Shown here: in pieces, positions 9,941 through 19,343 of the stretch
Position numbering within the stretch: the stretch's first letter is position 1
Layout: each line of letters opens with the position of its first letter
DNA from: a virus
Taxonomy: Duplodnaviria > Caudoviricetes
Length of the DNA stretch: 49,258 bases
Direction: 5' to 3' (one strand)
Virus record (IMG/VR): IMGVR_UViG_3300032320_002841
Location: 1 to 49,258 of that record
The notes under the pieces: model-generated
The model's input: only the letters and a program-made list of their open reading frames with translations
Databases searched by the model: none
Told to the model about the DNA's origin: nothing
Position numbers and translations under genes: made by a program

Positions 9941-9990
9941 ACAGCTGTCATATTTTATCTCTTTCGAGCGACTAGGCTATGAATCTAGTC
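9939..9990 (-). ncRNA. Candidate structured RNA (H-type pseudoknot plus GNRA hairpin)
   Basis: P1 GACUAG/CUAGUC with loop AUUCAUAGC; CUC-GAAA-GAG hairpin; A-rich linker; GCUGUGG can pair 7 bp with loop UCAUAGC. Confidence 0.55.
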
Positions 9991-10003
9991 TGTATGTTAT
10001 TTA

Positions 10004-10663
10004 TTAATAGAATACTTCTTTATTTGCTTTAATAGCCTCAAAATCTAGTTCAGGATGATCATTTTGGAGTCTAGTTAATGCTAAATCAAAAGCTATATCA
10101 AAATCAGAGCGATATTCTAAATCTAAAGATTCTGGTTCTCCCATGCTATCTTCAACTACTTTATCAATATATTCTCTCATATATCCACCTTCATCAGTAT
10201 CTAGAAATGGATTAAATGCTTCGTTTAATTGAGATGAACCACCGTTATGGTTAATTAAATATATTTTATTATATTTTGACATGAAATTATCTAATTCATC
10301 TTCACTAGTAATAGCTTTCCAATTGTCAGGATTAGTTAAAAATGTTGTAATATAATTTATATCAATCACTCCATAATTATCATTAAATATTTGAACTACT
10401 TTTGTGTTTTTGGATAAAGTGCCGGTTACAGATAAAATGGATTTTGAAGTATCTTTTATAGCTACATTATACACTATAAAACCTATTCCTCTAGGTTTAA
10501 CAAACCCAGGTGCTAGTTTAGAATCATCAGAAACATATAATACTACTCCATCATTTATTAAATCAGAAGCTTGATTTTCTGTTAATTTTTTGTACTCGCT
10601 TTCAGTAATAATACCCGCTAGTTTTTGAAGGCGAGCGGCTTCAGTTATAAATTGTTTTTTCAT
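10004..10663 (-). CDS. Hypothetical protein with cargo-type leader
   Basis: MKKQFITEAARLQKLAGIITE...LTE N-terminus, and internal QLNE before an acidic C-terminal module. Confidence 0.55.
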   Translation of the reverse strand: MKKQFITEAARLQKLAGIITESEYKKLTENQASDLINDGVVLYVSDDSKLAPGFVKPRGIGFIVYNVAIKDTSKSILSVTGTLSKNTKVVQIFNDNYGVIDINYITTFLTNPDNWKAITSEDELDNFMSKYNKIYLINHNGGSSQLNEAFNPFLDTDEGGYMREYIDKVVEDSMGEPESLDLEYRSDFDIAFDLALTRLQNDHPELDFEAIKANKEVFY

Positions 10664-10716
10664 TATTATTCAGATTTCGTTTTTACTTATTTTATTTTAT
10701 AAATTTTTAATAGGTT

Positions 10717-10748
10717 ATAATATAATAAAGAAAATTTGCTTATCCAAA
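10717..10748 (-). promoter_or_regulatory. Bacteroidota-type promoter within an imperfect hairpin
   Basis: TTTG-N20-TATATTAT; imperfect inverted repeat at 10727-10768. Confidence 0.5.
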
Positions 10749-10788
10749 TGGAATCGCAGATTTCTTTTGTTTTATTTTAAATTAAAGG

Positions 10789-11406
10789 TTAAAAAAAATT
10801 ATTACTTATTTTTAACCCCTTATTAGTTAATTCTTGTTTTAAAGATTCAATATTATTTTTATAATTTTTAATATAATTAATTATATCTTTATCTAAATTC
10901 TGGTCTAGAATCCATAGATCATCTATATTTTTTGATCCTTTATTATAATCAATTCTATATGAATTGCCTCTAGGACTTTTTCCTATTTGAAATATTTTAT
11001 AATTTATATCTGATGGGGTATTATAATATATTGCTATAATATTATCTATAGTTTCAGTTCTATATTCTTCAGGATTAAGATTTTTATTAATATATCTAAG
11101 ATATAGTTGAGTTCGTTTGTTTTTTTCAGTAAACCCTAAATCACCTTCATCTTCTTCAGAAATAGGGTCTATATAAAGTTCAAAATCGTTTAATTTTTTA
11201 GGATATTTTATTTTAAACTTTTCTAAAAATTGTTTTACTTTTTCAGTAATTATTTGCATTACCTCAAATACTTCTCCTTTATTAGTAGTTTCAAACCCTT
11301 TTTCTTTTGTTTGAAAACTTACTTCAATATTTTCGGGAGTATCAAGTTGATCAAAATTTAAAATATATTTTGTTCCTTTAGAAGTTGTAAAATTAATGTT
11401 TGGCAT
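10789..11406 (-). CDS. Hypothetical protein
   Basis: 205-aa ORF (TNKGEVFEVM...RTQLYLRYI module), very AT-rich; no cargo leader. Confidence 0.6.
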   Translation of the reverse strand: MPNINFTTSKGTKYILNFDQLDTPENIEVSFQTKEKGFETTNKGEVFEVMQIITEKVKQFLEKFKIKYPKKLNDFELYIDPISEEDEGDLGFTEKNKRTQLYLRYINKNLNPEEYRTETIDNIIAIYYNTPSDINYKIFQIGKSPRGNSYRIDYNKGSKNIDDLWILDQNLDKDIINYIKNYKNNIESLKQELTNKGLKISNNFF

Positions 11407-11415
11407 AATTTAAAT

Positions 11416-13263
11416 TTATGATACTTTCACAAATACTGAACTTGATTTAGTTGATGAAGAAGCATAACTTAACATATCTGATATTACTTCATTCTGTCTA
11501 TCAGGTTCTAGTGAATTAATTGTAAATGCTAATTTTGTTGATAAGTATTTAGAAACTAACCAGTTTAAATCTTTTGATTTTACAAGATCATCAAATGCTT
11601 CAGGACTAATATTTTCAACAATGGTAGAATAGGATTGATAAAAATCATCAATTAATCTCTGATTATTAGATTTAAATTCTTCTTGTGCTTCTTTAGCAGT
11701 AGGTAGTAATGGTAAATCATTTGATCTTAAAACATCATTAATAGGGCCTTGACCTATTTTACCACCAGCTGCTTTTTTACCTTTTATTTCACCTGCAAAA
11801 TTACCTGCAAAATTAAATGTTCTGAATGTGATAGACCCATCATCGTAAATTAAAACTGTATTATTATTAGTAGGTCTTGAATCGTATCCTTTGTATTGGT
11901 ATAATTTAGTTGCGTCTTTATCTAAATTATATACTTTCATTTCTCCTGCTCCTGAAAGTTGTTTTAATGAAACTCCAATTAATTTTCTATCATTATAAAG
12001 TTCAATTAGCATTCCATTTAATTCTTCAAAATTAGTTGGAAATTCTATTCCTAAAATAGATTCGTCTACCATCCAAATATCGGCAGGATTCCATTTATCA
12101 GAATTTAATGAACTATCTGCTTTTTTCTTAGCAGCATTAAAGGCACTATAAATTGATTTTACAAATGAAGAACCTCTATGTTGTTGTAAAGATTTACTTG
12201 GAAATGTTCTTAATAATAAATTTGCAGTATTGACAAATGTTGGAGTCCATTGTTTTTTACTAGCAACATATTCTATAATAGAATCTAATCCTGCAGTAAC
12301 ATCACTTACAGCATATGCTGCTGTTAAATTTTCAGGAGTTAAATCTCCAGCACTTATGGTTTTTCCTAAAATTTTATATGCAATAGAATTTACTACACTT
12401 TGTGCTGATTCTTGTATTTCAGTATTTTCAGTTCCACCACCTTGTCCTGCTCCACTTCCAAATTCAGGTGTTTTTTTAAATGCAGATAATCCGTAAGCAT
12501 TACCTTCAGTATCAATAAATACTTTACCTTTACCTAATGTTTTATAGTTTTTAGATTGTAAATCTTTAATGGCTTCAGCAGTAGCTTTAGGGTCTAAAAC
12601 TACTTGAGTACCATCATTTAATTCAAAAGGTTCTTGATTTTTAATTTTATCTAAAAATCTTTCACCTCTATCATCATATTGATCTTTAAATTCAGATTTG
12701 GAGGTAAATGGTTTTTCTAATTCAGCAGGCGATAAACTTGCCTCTTTAATATAAAATTTTGATTTTTTTTTTAAACCCTCTTTTACTTCTTCGGGTTTAG
12801 TTTCTTCAGGTGCTTCTTCAGCAGGTGCTTCTTCTGCAGCTCCACCTTGTAAATCAGCTTGATTTTCTTCAGGTTTATTAGGTCCTGTACTTCCAGGTGG
12901 TAATCCTAATTCTAATAATTGAGCAATAGAAGTAATAGCATATTCCTCTTCAGATAAATTTAACAAATAATATTTTTTACCTGAAATTTTAGCAGTGTAT
13001 GATTCAGGACCATAAATTAAATAAAATTCTTGCCCGTTGTGAAGTACAACTCTAAATGTAGTTGGTTTAGGAGCTGTAACAAATACACCTGAAATATAGT
13101 CTCTATAATAAGGTGTCATTAGATCTGTCATTGTAGCATCTAATGAAGGATATTTTTGTAGAATATATTCTAATGGATCACTTTCAAAAGTCAAAGGTTG
13201 AGAATTTTTAAAATCCTCAATCTCTTCTTTAATTAATTGCCTTAATATTGCTAGTTTAGTCAT
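11416..13263 (-). CDS. Two-part protein: N-terminal domain with cargo leader plus C-terminal PD-(D/E)xK nuclease-like domain
   Basis: MTKLAILRQLIKEE leader; acidic EEAPAEEAPEE linker; QESAQ...KWNPADIWMV...IGVSLKQ fits a restriction-endonuclease-like fold. Confidence 0.55.
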   Translation of the reverse strand: MTKLAILRQLIKEEIEDFKNSQPLTFESDPLEYILQKYPSLDATMTDLMTPYYRDYISGVFVTAPKPTTFRVVLHNGQEFYLIYGPESYTAKISGKKYYLLNLSEEEYAITSIAQLLELGLPPGSTGPNKPEENQADLQGGAAEEAPAEEAPEETKPEEVKEGLKKKSKFYIKEASLSPAELEKPFTSKSEFKDQYDDRGERFLDKIKNQEPFELNDGTQVVLDPKATAEAIKDLQSKNYKTLGKGKVFIDTEGNAYGLSAFKKTPEFGSGAGQGGGTENTEIQESAQSVVNSIAYKILGKTISAGDLTPENLTAAYAVSDVTAGLDSIIEYVASKKQWTPTFVNTANLLLRTFPSKSLQQHRGSSFVKSIYSAFNAAKKKADSSLNSDKWNPADIWMVDESILGIEFPTNFEELNGMLIELYNDRKLIGVSLKQLSGAGEMKVYNLDKDATKLYQYKGYDSRPTNNNTVLIYDDGSITFRTFNFAGNFAGEIKGKKAAGGKIGQGPINDVLRSNDLPLLPTAKEAQEEFKSNNQRLIDDFYQSYSTIVENISPEAFDDLVKSKDLNWLVSKYLSTKLAFTINSLEPDRQNEVISDMLSYASSSTKSSSVFVKVS

Positions 13264-13523
13264 TATTCTTGTATCTGGATTACTAAATCAGTAGTTCCTT
13301 TTATTACTCTATGGTAGGTTTGTTTTGGTATAAATATACGGTCTCCTTTTTTGAGTTCCAAAGGTAATTCATTATCTAATTGAAATTCCCAACTTTTACC
13401 TTCTAAAATAGTAACATATCGATCTTTTTCATCTTTATGCCATACAAATTCACTTGAATCAGTATCTAAAGTAAACTTTCTAATTTTAGTATTTTGTTGT
13501 ATAACTTCTTGGTAGGGTCTCAT
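13263..13523 (-). CDS. Small cupin-fold protein
   Basis: WHKDEKDRYVTILEG...LKKGDRIFIPKQTYHRV cupin motifs 1 and 2. Confidence 0.75.
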   Translation of the reverse strand: MRPYQEVIQQNTKIRKFTLDTDSSEFVWHKDEKDRYVTILEGKSWEFQLDNELPLELKKGDRIFIPKQTYHRVIKGTTDLVIQIQE

Positions 13524-13524
13524 C

Positions 13525-13869
13525 CTAGTTTTCGGTTGAATAAGGTGTTCCTTGTTCTTTAAATCCTATTACTCCTGGAATATTTCTAATACCATCAGTA
13601 ATGGTTTTAAGAGTAGTTTTAGAATCAAATTTATCTTGTTTAACGTAAGGATAAGGGTCAATTTTGATTTCTAGTTTACTTCTAAAGTATCTTGAAGTTG
13701 GGTCTTGTTCCATCTCTACATTACGTACAACAGTAATAGCAGGTAATGCTCTAATATCAGAAAGAATATCTTTTTGATTTCTTTTTTCGTCGTCTACAAT
13801 TAATACTCCGTCTAAGTGGAATATTTTATCTAGAGTACCTTCGTTTAATAATTTACTTAATGATATCAT
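13525..13869 (-). CDS. Hypothetical protein with cargo-type leader
   Basis: MISLSKLLNE leader; internal duplication IRALPAIT / IRNIPGVI. Confidence 0.6.
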   Translation of the reverse strand: MISLSKLLNEGTLDKIFHLDGVLIVDDEKRNQKDILSDIRALPAITVVRNVEMEQDPTSRYFRSKLEIKIDPYPYVKQDKFDSKTTLKTITDGIRNIPGVIGFKEQGTPYSTEN

Positions 13870-13875
13870 AATTAT

Positions 13876-14289
13876 TTATTTATCTGTTATAGGACCACCA
13901 ACAACCCAAGCATCACAAGTTCTAGCTGCTGCACATTTGAATTTTAAAAATCTGCAATATCCTAACTTTCCAGCTTCAATTACATCGTGTGGATCTTCTG
14001 ATCCTTGATCAGTTCCTATTCCTTTAGCTATACAATCTAATGTTTTAGTTGTTATATCAAAAGCAGCACAGTTTCCACATAGTGATTGTTTAGCTTCTTC
14101 TACATCATCTAATTGCCACATTTCAACCTTTTTAGCCCAAAATTTATCATTAGGTAAATTTGGATTCATAGGACCATATCCTTGATTTTCAATAGCACTT
14201 TGTCTATTTTGCAAATTAAGATTAATATCTTGAGTTGCTTCAGGACATTTACCTTCTAATTCTATTAATATATTTTGTAGTTTTATCAT
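13876..14289 (-). CDS. Cys-rich, HiPIP-like putative metal/Fe-S protein with cargo leader
   Basis: Start moved to 14289 (MIKLQNILIE; ATGA overlap with the upstream stop). CGNC...GYC...C...RTCDAW pattern. Confidence 0.5.
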   Translation of the reverse strand: MIKLQNILIELEGKCPEATQDINLNLQNRQSAIENQGYGPMNPNLPNDKFWAKKVEMWQLDDVEEAKQSLCGNCAAFDITTKTLDCIAKGIGTDQGSEDPHDVIEAGKLGYCRFLKFKCAAARTCDAWVVGGPITDK

Positions 14290-14657
14290 TTTGTTTTTCC
14301 CCATGTTTTACCTTTACCTTTTCTTTTACATCCTGCAGGAGTAGGTCTACAAGCAGGGTATTTAGAACGTTTTTCACCTTCTTTTCTACCACAAGCTTTA
14401 TAACCTCCTTTACCATCAGGTGCATTACAATCTACCCATCCACCTTCTTTACCTTTGGGACCTTGACGTTTAAACCAAGTACGTAATGTTTCTTTTTGTG
14501 CTTCAGTTAAGTTTTCAAAGATTTCTTTAATCCCTTTCCAAATATCACCTTTACGACATCTAACAATAGCACCTGATTTATAAGCAGAAGGTTTATCGTA
14601 TTTGCGATCCGCAATACGTTTACATCTGTCTGCTTTTTTCTCATTTAAATTATCCAT
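14286..14657 (-). CDS. Small basic Cys-containing protein (two modules)
   Basis: MDNLNE-KKADRC...PSAYKSGAIVRCRK module, then LTE-AQKETLRTWF...GGWVDC...CGR...YPACRP module. Confidence 0.6.
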   Translation of the reverse strand: MDNLNEKKADRCKRIADRKYDKPSAYKSGAIVRCRKGDIWKGIKEIFENLTEAQKETLRTWFKRQGPKGKEGGWVDCNAPDGKGGYKACGRKEGEKRSKYPACRPTPAGCKRKGKGKTWGKTK

Positions 14658-15295
14658 TACCAGTATCCACTAAAGTTTTTAGCTCCACCTAATGATTTCC
14701 AATAACGACCTATATTGCAGGCCCAGTATCCTGGTTTTGTTCTGTCTTTTTTCTTGTCACAATTTTGACGAGCAGCAAATGCTCTTCTTGCTTTAGGATT
14801 ATTTATTTTAGTTGAAAGTCCTGTTGTATCTCCAAAATTTACTTTTTTAACTTTGTCTCCGTCTTTAACGTAAACATAAAATTTTTTAGAGCCACCACGT
14901 TTAGGTTTACCTAATTGAACTTCTTTACCTTGATATTCAGCTTCATTTAATTCTTCTTCAAGGAAAGGTACATCTAAAGCCACAAATTGATCTTCAAATA
15001 AACCATAATTACCAATATCGGTATTTTCAACTAACCATCTATCTTCAGGATTCAGATATAATTTTTCTTCATTATAAAGACTTCTAACTTCCTTAAATAA
15101 TTTAAGTTGAGCCTCGGTACCATATCTAAAAGCATTCTCATGTAATGGAATGTTTTTATCTAAATGATATTGTAAGTTTTTAGAGACTTTATCTTCAGTT
15201 AATAAAACATTTTCTTGAAGTTGTTTTGAATTATCTTCTAGTAATATCCTTTCTAAAGTTTCTCTAATTAAAAATTTTATATCTGATGTGTTCAT
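14657..15295 (-). CDS. Two-module protein with cargo leader and basic C-terminal domain
   Basis: MNTSDIKFLIRETLERILLE; after ELNE comes AEYQGK...KKFYVYVK...VNFG...FAARQNC...GYWAC. Confidence 0.6.
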   Translation of the reverse strand: MNTSDIKFLIRETLERILLEDNSKQLQENVLLTEDKVSKNLQYHLDKNIPLHENAFRYGTEAQLKLFKEVRSLYNEEKLYLNPEDRWLVENTDIGNYGLFEDQFVALDVPFLEEELNEAEYQGKEVQLGKPKRGGSKKFYVYVKDGDKVKKVNFGDTTGLSTKINNPKARRAFAARQNCDKKKDRTKPGYWACNIGRYWKSLGGAKNFSGYW

Positions 15296-15300
15296 TTAAT

Positions 15301-15846
15301 TTATAATTTGATACTATTTAAAAAACCTTTTAAGATTTCAGTTAGTTTAGGTAAAGAATGTTCAGTTATAGCTTGTATTATCTCATTTCCAAAATTTCCT
15401 GAGAGCTCTTTTATAGAGTTTATAGTAGGTTGTATTTTACTAGGATCTACTGCTCCTAAAATAGCCATAGTAGCTAAAGTTAGAGCTTTTAGTAATTTAG
15501 CTGTTTTATCCCTTTTAATGGAATCTTTTATAAAAGGAGTAAGTATTACTCTAAAAGGAGTATCTAAATAATTATCTATTTCTCCAGTTACTTTTTCAAT
15601 AATTTTATACCAAGCAGGATCATTTTTCTTTTTAAGATTAAATCCAGATTTTTTAGTTATAACACTTATCACTTTCATTATAGCATTTATTATACCAGGA
15701 GCAGCTAACACTAATGAAATAGTTCCTATAATTTCATTTTTAGGAGCATTTTCAATAGCTTTTTTAATCTCATCATCAAGATAATTTAAATCAGTGATGA
15801 CAGGTTCTGCTTCTATCTCTAATAATATGTCAGCTAACTTAATCAT
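15301..15846 (-). CDS. Hypothetical protein with cargo leader and hydrophobic helices
   Basis: MIKLADILLE leader; hydrophobic segments IIGTISLVLAAPGIINAIM and LLKALTLATMAILGA. Confidence 0.6.
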   Translation of the reverse strand: MIKLADILLEIEAEPVITDLNYLDDEIKKAIENAPKNEIIGTISLVLAAPGIINAIMKVISVITKKSGFNLKKKNDPAWYKIIEKVTGEIDNYLDTPFRVILTPFIKDSIKRDKTAKLLKALTLATMAILGAVDPSKIQPTINSIKELSGNFGNEIIQAITEHSLPKLTEILKGFLNSIKL

Positions 15847-17610
15847 TTATGGTTTCTCTGGTTGAGTTGGGGTATTTTGGGTTTGAGGTGATGATTTAAG
15901 AGTATTAGCTAATTTAGCTAGATTATCTAAAGCTATTTTAAAAGGAGCTGTAGTTTTAGGATCAAATTTTTCTTTAGACATTATTTCATCATGAATAGCT
16001 AAAAGAGCTTGAGCTAAAGTAGCAGGATTTTTTATATAACTGTTAAGAGCTGATTCTTGTGATGTGTTTAAAATATCTTTTGCAAGGTCTTCTTTTAATC
16101 TAGCTTCACCCATTGGTTCAGCATCTGAAGGTAATAAAACATCATAATCATCCATTGATAATACTTCTTGTTCTTTGTTTAAAGAAACAGCATTTTCAGC
16201 TACATCATGTAAATCAACATCTGCTGATGCATCTTCTCTAGCATATTCTAACATACGAATAAATAAAGGAACATCCATTGTAATAGTATCCACTGTATCT
16301 GTTTCTTCTTCAGCTTCATTTAATTCACTTGGATCAATTCCTTGAAATTTAGCAAAACCTGTTCTAGCTTTTTGGTATAAATCACTAGCTTTGGATTTTA
16401 CTTTGTTTTCTAAAGCGTTATAAACTGCTTTTAATGCTTCATCTTGTTTAGCATCATCTTGAATATCAAGAGCACCTTGAAAAGCTAATAAAATATCATT
16501 CATTGAAGTTTCACCTTCTTTTAACTGTTTAGTAGCTATCCCAAAAGCTTCACCTTTAGGCATATCAGGATTTGCTTTTTTTATTTTTTCAGCGTTTTTA
16601 TTTCTTTTTTCAATTTTAGCTTTAGATAATTTCTTCTCTTGAAGAACTTCCATTACCGCTTGTTTAATTTGATCTTTGATTGATTCTTTCATAGGTTTTT
16701 TAGGTTGAGATTCTATAAATTTTTGTGCGGATAATATTAAATTTTTCTTTTGTGAATCCGTAATATCAGCTACTGTAATTTTACTTCCATCAATAGTAGT
16801 TTTTTCAGCAAAATCTTTTGGAACTAATTTTTTAAATTTAGCTACTAATTCAGGTGTATCAAAAGTTTTAACAAAGTTAATTTTTTCTACTTTACCTTGT
16901 GTATTTGAAGTAGTTGCAGGTTGATCATCTGATTCTTTTTGAGATATGCTGTATTGTAGTTTAGCATTACCCATTATAGTTTTAAGTACTTTAGTTAAGT
17001 AATCTTTAGTTTCGAATGGGTTTTTCTTTTGTGGAAAAACTATTTTATCATCATTAACTACAAAATCTTTATCTTTAGCCATTACACCACTGTACTTTTT
17101 CAAGTTATCAGGTGTTTTCATTGGGTAAAATGTAGATGCATATTTACCAAAGAAATCCATTGGTAAATCTTTGGCTTCTAATGTAATTATAAATTCATTA
17201 AATGAATCATTATCATTTTCAATAGACCAGTCATCAAATTTGCTTTGTAGTTGTTGTTCTACTTTAGCCCATTCTTGTGGTGCTCTACTTTTAATATCAA
17301 TTACTTTAGAAAGTCTTTCGTTTTCGTTACTTTGATCCCAAGTTTCTTTAGCTACTCTACCTTTAGTTGCAGGTACAGATGGGCCAAATATTTTAGTAAT
17401 GATTTTAGGATCTCTTAAGTTATTAGCATAAATACCATAATTTTTAATATCGGATAATGCTGCTAAAGCGGATTCTAAATCCGCAGGTTCAAGTACTAAA
17501 TCATACATGACTTTTTCAAGTCCTGCTTGTTTTTCCTCTTCACCACCTTCAAGTTCCTCTTTAATTAACTTATAAAGATGATTTTTTAAAAGTTCAAAAT
17601 TATTCGTCAT
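15847..17610 (-). CDS. Multi-module head-region protein with cargo leader
   Basis: MTNNFELLKNHLYKLIKEE; modules separated by MKE, LQE, LKE and LNE, e.g. DTITMDVPLFIRMLEYARED. Confidence 0.6.
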   Translation of the reverse strand: MTNNFELLKNHLYKLIKEELEGGEEEKQAGLEKVMYDLVLEPADLESALAALSDIKNYGIYANNLRDPKIITKIFGPSVPATKGRVAKETWDQSNENERLSKVIDIKSRAPQEWAKVEQQLQSKFDDWSIENDNDSFNEFIITLEAKDLPMDFFGKYASTFYPMKTPDNLKKYSGVMAKDKDFVVNDDKIVFPQKKNPFETKDYLTKVLKTIMGNAKLQYSISQKESDDQPATTSNTQGKVEKINFVKTFDTPELVAKFKKLVPKDFAEKTTIDGSKITVADITDSQKKNLILSAQKFIESQPKKPMKESIKDQIKQAVMEVLQEKKLSKAKIEKRNKNAEKIKKANPDMPKGEAFGIATKQLKEGETSMNDILLAFQGALDIQDDAKQDEALKAVYNALENKVKSKASDLYQKARTGFAKFQGIDPSELNEAEEETDTVDTITMDVPLFIRMLEYAREDASADVDLHDVAENAVSLNKEQEVLSMDDYDVLLPSDAEPMGEARLKEDLAKDILNTSQESALNSYIKNPATLAQALLAIHDEIMSKEKFDPKTTAPFKIALDNLAKLANTLKSSPQTQNTPTQPEKP

Positions 17611-18202
17611 CTTTTTTCTCTTTCTTTTCTTTTTTAGGAGCTGATTTTTCTAATGCTGCTTTTAATTTTTCTAATACTTTTTCGGCTTTTTCTAATTTAG
17701 CAGTATAGTTTGATAATTCACCTCTCATTTCAGGATTATCAATTAATTTAGCCATTTCAGCTTTTAAATCTGCTACTTGTTTTTCTAAACCACTTACTTT
17801 AACTTGACCTTTTTTAACATTTTCTTTCATTAAAGTTTCTCGCTCTTTAATAGCACCTTTAGCTGCTTTTTCAGCAGCAGCTTCATTTAAATAAGCACCT
17901 TTATATCCTTCACCTATCAAATCTAATAAAAGTTTTTTCTCAACTAAATCTTTTTCAGTAGATTCATTCATTGCTTCTTTAACTAAATAAACATATTTAT
18001 CTTTAGTTACTTTATCTTCAAACATTGTACCTGGAGCTGTTGTTCCTAATGCTTCTTGTGTTGGTAGTCCGCTTTTCATTAAATTTACAGCTGCATCTAT
18101 GTCATCTTGAGATATACCTGAGTCTGAGGGATCAGTATTTAATTCGTTTAAGTAGTCTGTGATGCTTTCTTTAATTATGTTTTTTAGTTCTAGTCTTTTC
18201 AT
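17600..18202 (-). CDS. Coiled-coil protein with cargo leader
   Basis: MKRLELKNIIKESITDYLNE; Lys/Glu-rich helical C-terminus; late motif upstream. Confidence 0.6.
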   Translation of the reverse strand: MKRLELKNIIKESITDYLNELNTDPSDSGISQDDIDAAVNLMKSGLPTQEALGTTAPGTMFEDKVTKDKYVYLVKEAMNESTEKDLVEKKLLLDLIGEGYKGAYLNEAAAEKAAKGAIKERETLMKENVKKGQVKVSGLEKQVADLKAEMAKLIDNPEMRGELSNYTAKLEKAEKVLEKLKAALEKSAPKKEKKEKKDDE

Positions 18203-18218
18203 GAGTGTTAATTTTTGA

Positions 18219-18227
18219 TATAAATAT
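18219..18227 (-). promoter_or_regulatory. Putative late promoter ATATTTATA
   Basis: Intergenic, 16 nt upstream of ATG 18202. Confidence 0.6.
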
Positions 18228-18800
18228 TTATATTTCTAAGTTTCTTAGTCGTTTTATATTATCTTTAATCATTTTTATAACTTCAGGATCAATACTACCA
18301 CCATCCCATTTTTCTATATCACCCGCTTCGGTAACGTATGTATTATTTTTTGAATTAAAATACTCATCAAACATTTGCTCAGCATCATCCATAGTAGCAT
18401 TTTTATTAGCATTTAGCATTTCTTTCTCATATGCATCGTACTTACCTGTTACTCTTAATTTACCTTCTATTTCAATAACACAATCAAAACATTTTTGATG
18501 TATGTTATACATTTTTCGGTTTAATGGAATATCTTTCATTGGTTTAGAACAACATGGACAAGTAAGTGGAAATTCAACCATTGCCTTTAACGCATCATGT
18601 TTGGTGATGGTTTGCTTAATACCGTTGTAAATAGTCCAGGTTTTACCGTTTTCTTCCCATATATCACCTTCAATATGAGTAACTTTATTTTTACTATAAC
18701 CGATTTGAATTCTAGTAGCATTTCCAGTATTACCTGAAATAATGTTTCGCATCCTTTGGATGTCTTTTTCTTCGAATTCTCTATTTAATTGTGTTGACAT
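18228..18800 (-). CDS. Zinc-finger-containing hypothetical protein
   Basis: CPCC...CFDC Cys pairs; GDIWEENGKTWTIYNGIK segment. Confidence 0.6.
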   Translation of the reverse strand: MSTQLNREFEEKDIQRMRNIISGNTGNATRIQIGYSKNKVTHIEGDIWEENGKTWTIYNGIKQTITKHDALKAMVEFPLTCPCCSKPMKDIPLNRKMYNIHQKCFDCVIEIEGKLRVTGKYDAYEKEMLNANKNATMDDAEQMFDEYFNSKNNTYVTEAGDIEKWDGGSIDPEVIKMIKDNIKRLRNLEI

Positions 18801-18803
18801 AAC

Positions 18804-19343
18804 TTATATTCCTAATTGTTTTAAATCGTTTATTGCTTGGTCTGTGTTTTTATATAAAATTCCAATACCATTTTTAGCTTTCCAGCTCATAATAGTATCT
18901 TCTCTATCGTCAATTAATATTTTATTAGGACCTGCTAAATCAGATTTTTGTTTAGCTTGTTTAAATATCATTTTAGTTCCTGGGATATGGTCCTGAACCC
19001 ATAATGTTTTTCCTATACGACTTGAATCATGATACGAAGGAGCAGTAAGTAGAGTTGGATTATAGGGTTTAATGTAATCCCATAATTCTTTACCACCAGG
19101 CATCCAAGGGATACCTCTCCAAAATCTTACTCCTATTTCATTATCAATAAGTTTCCAAAACATTTCTGTAGCTTTCTTTTCACCATATTTTTGGGCCATT
19201 TCAGCTCGATATTGATCAGGAGACATTCCTGTAAAATGTTCAAAGCGACCTTCAAAATCTGCTAAGACACCATCCATGTCACAATAGATTTGATAGTTTA
19301 TTTTTGGTTTGTCTTCTTCAAAAAGACTACTTAATGATATCAT
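18804..19343 (-). CDS. HAD-family 5'(3')-deoxyribonucleotidase-like phosphatase with cargo leader
   Basis: CDMDGVLADF (motif I), LLTAP (II), GK (III), ILIDDR (IV); MISLSSLFEE leader. Confidence 0.85.
   Translation of the reverse strand: MISLSSLFEEDKPKINYQIYCDMDGVLADFEGRFEHFTGMSPDQYRAEMAQKYGEKKATEMFWKLIDNEIGVRFWRGIPWMPGGKELWDYIKPYNPTLLTAPSYHDSSRIGKTLWVQDHIPGTKMIFKQAKQKSDLAGPNKILIDDREDTIMSWKAKNGIGILYKNTDQAINDLKQLGI

Noticed and set aside
9908-9990. Pistol ribozyme or known preQ1/SAM-II riboswitch
   Set aside because: Superficial layout similarity only. The loop is 9 nt, there is no P2 helix or GU cleavage site for pistol, and the conserved ligand-binding nucleotides of those riboswitches were not recognised.
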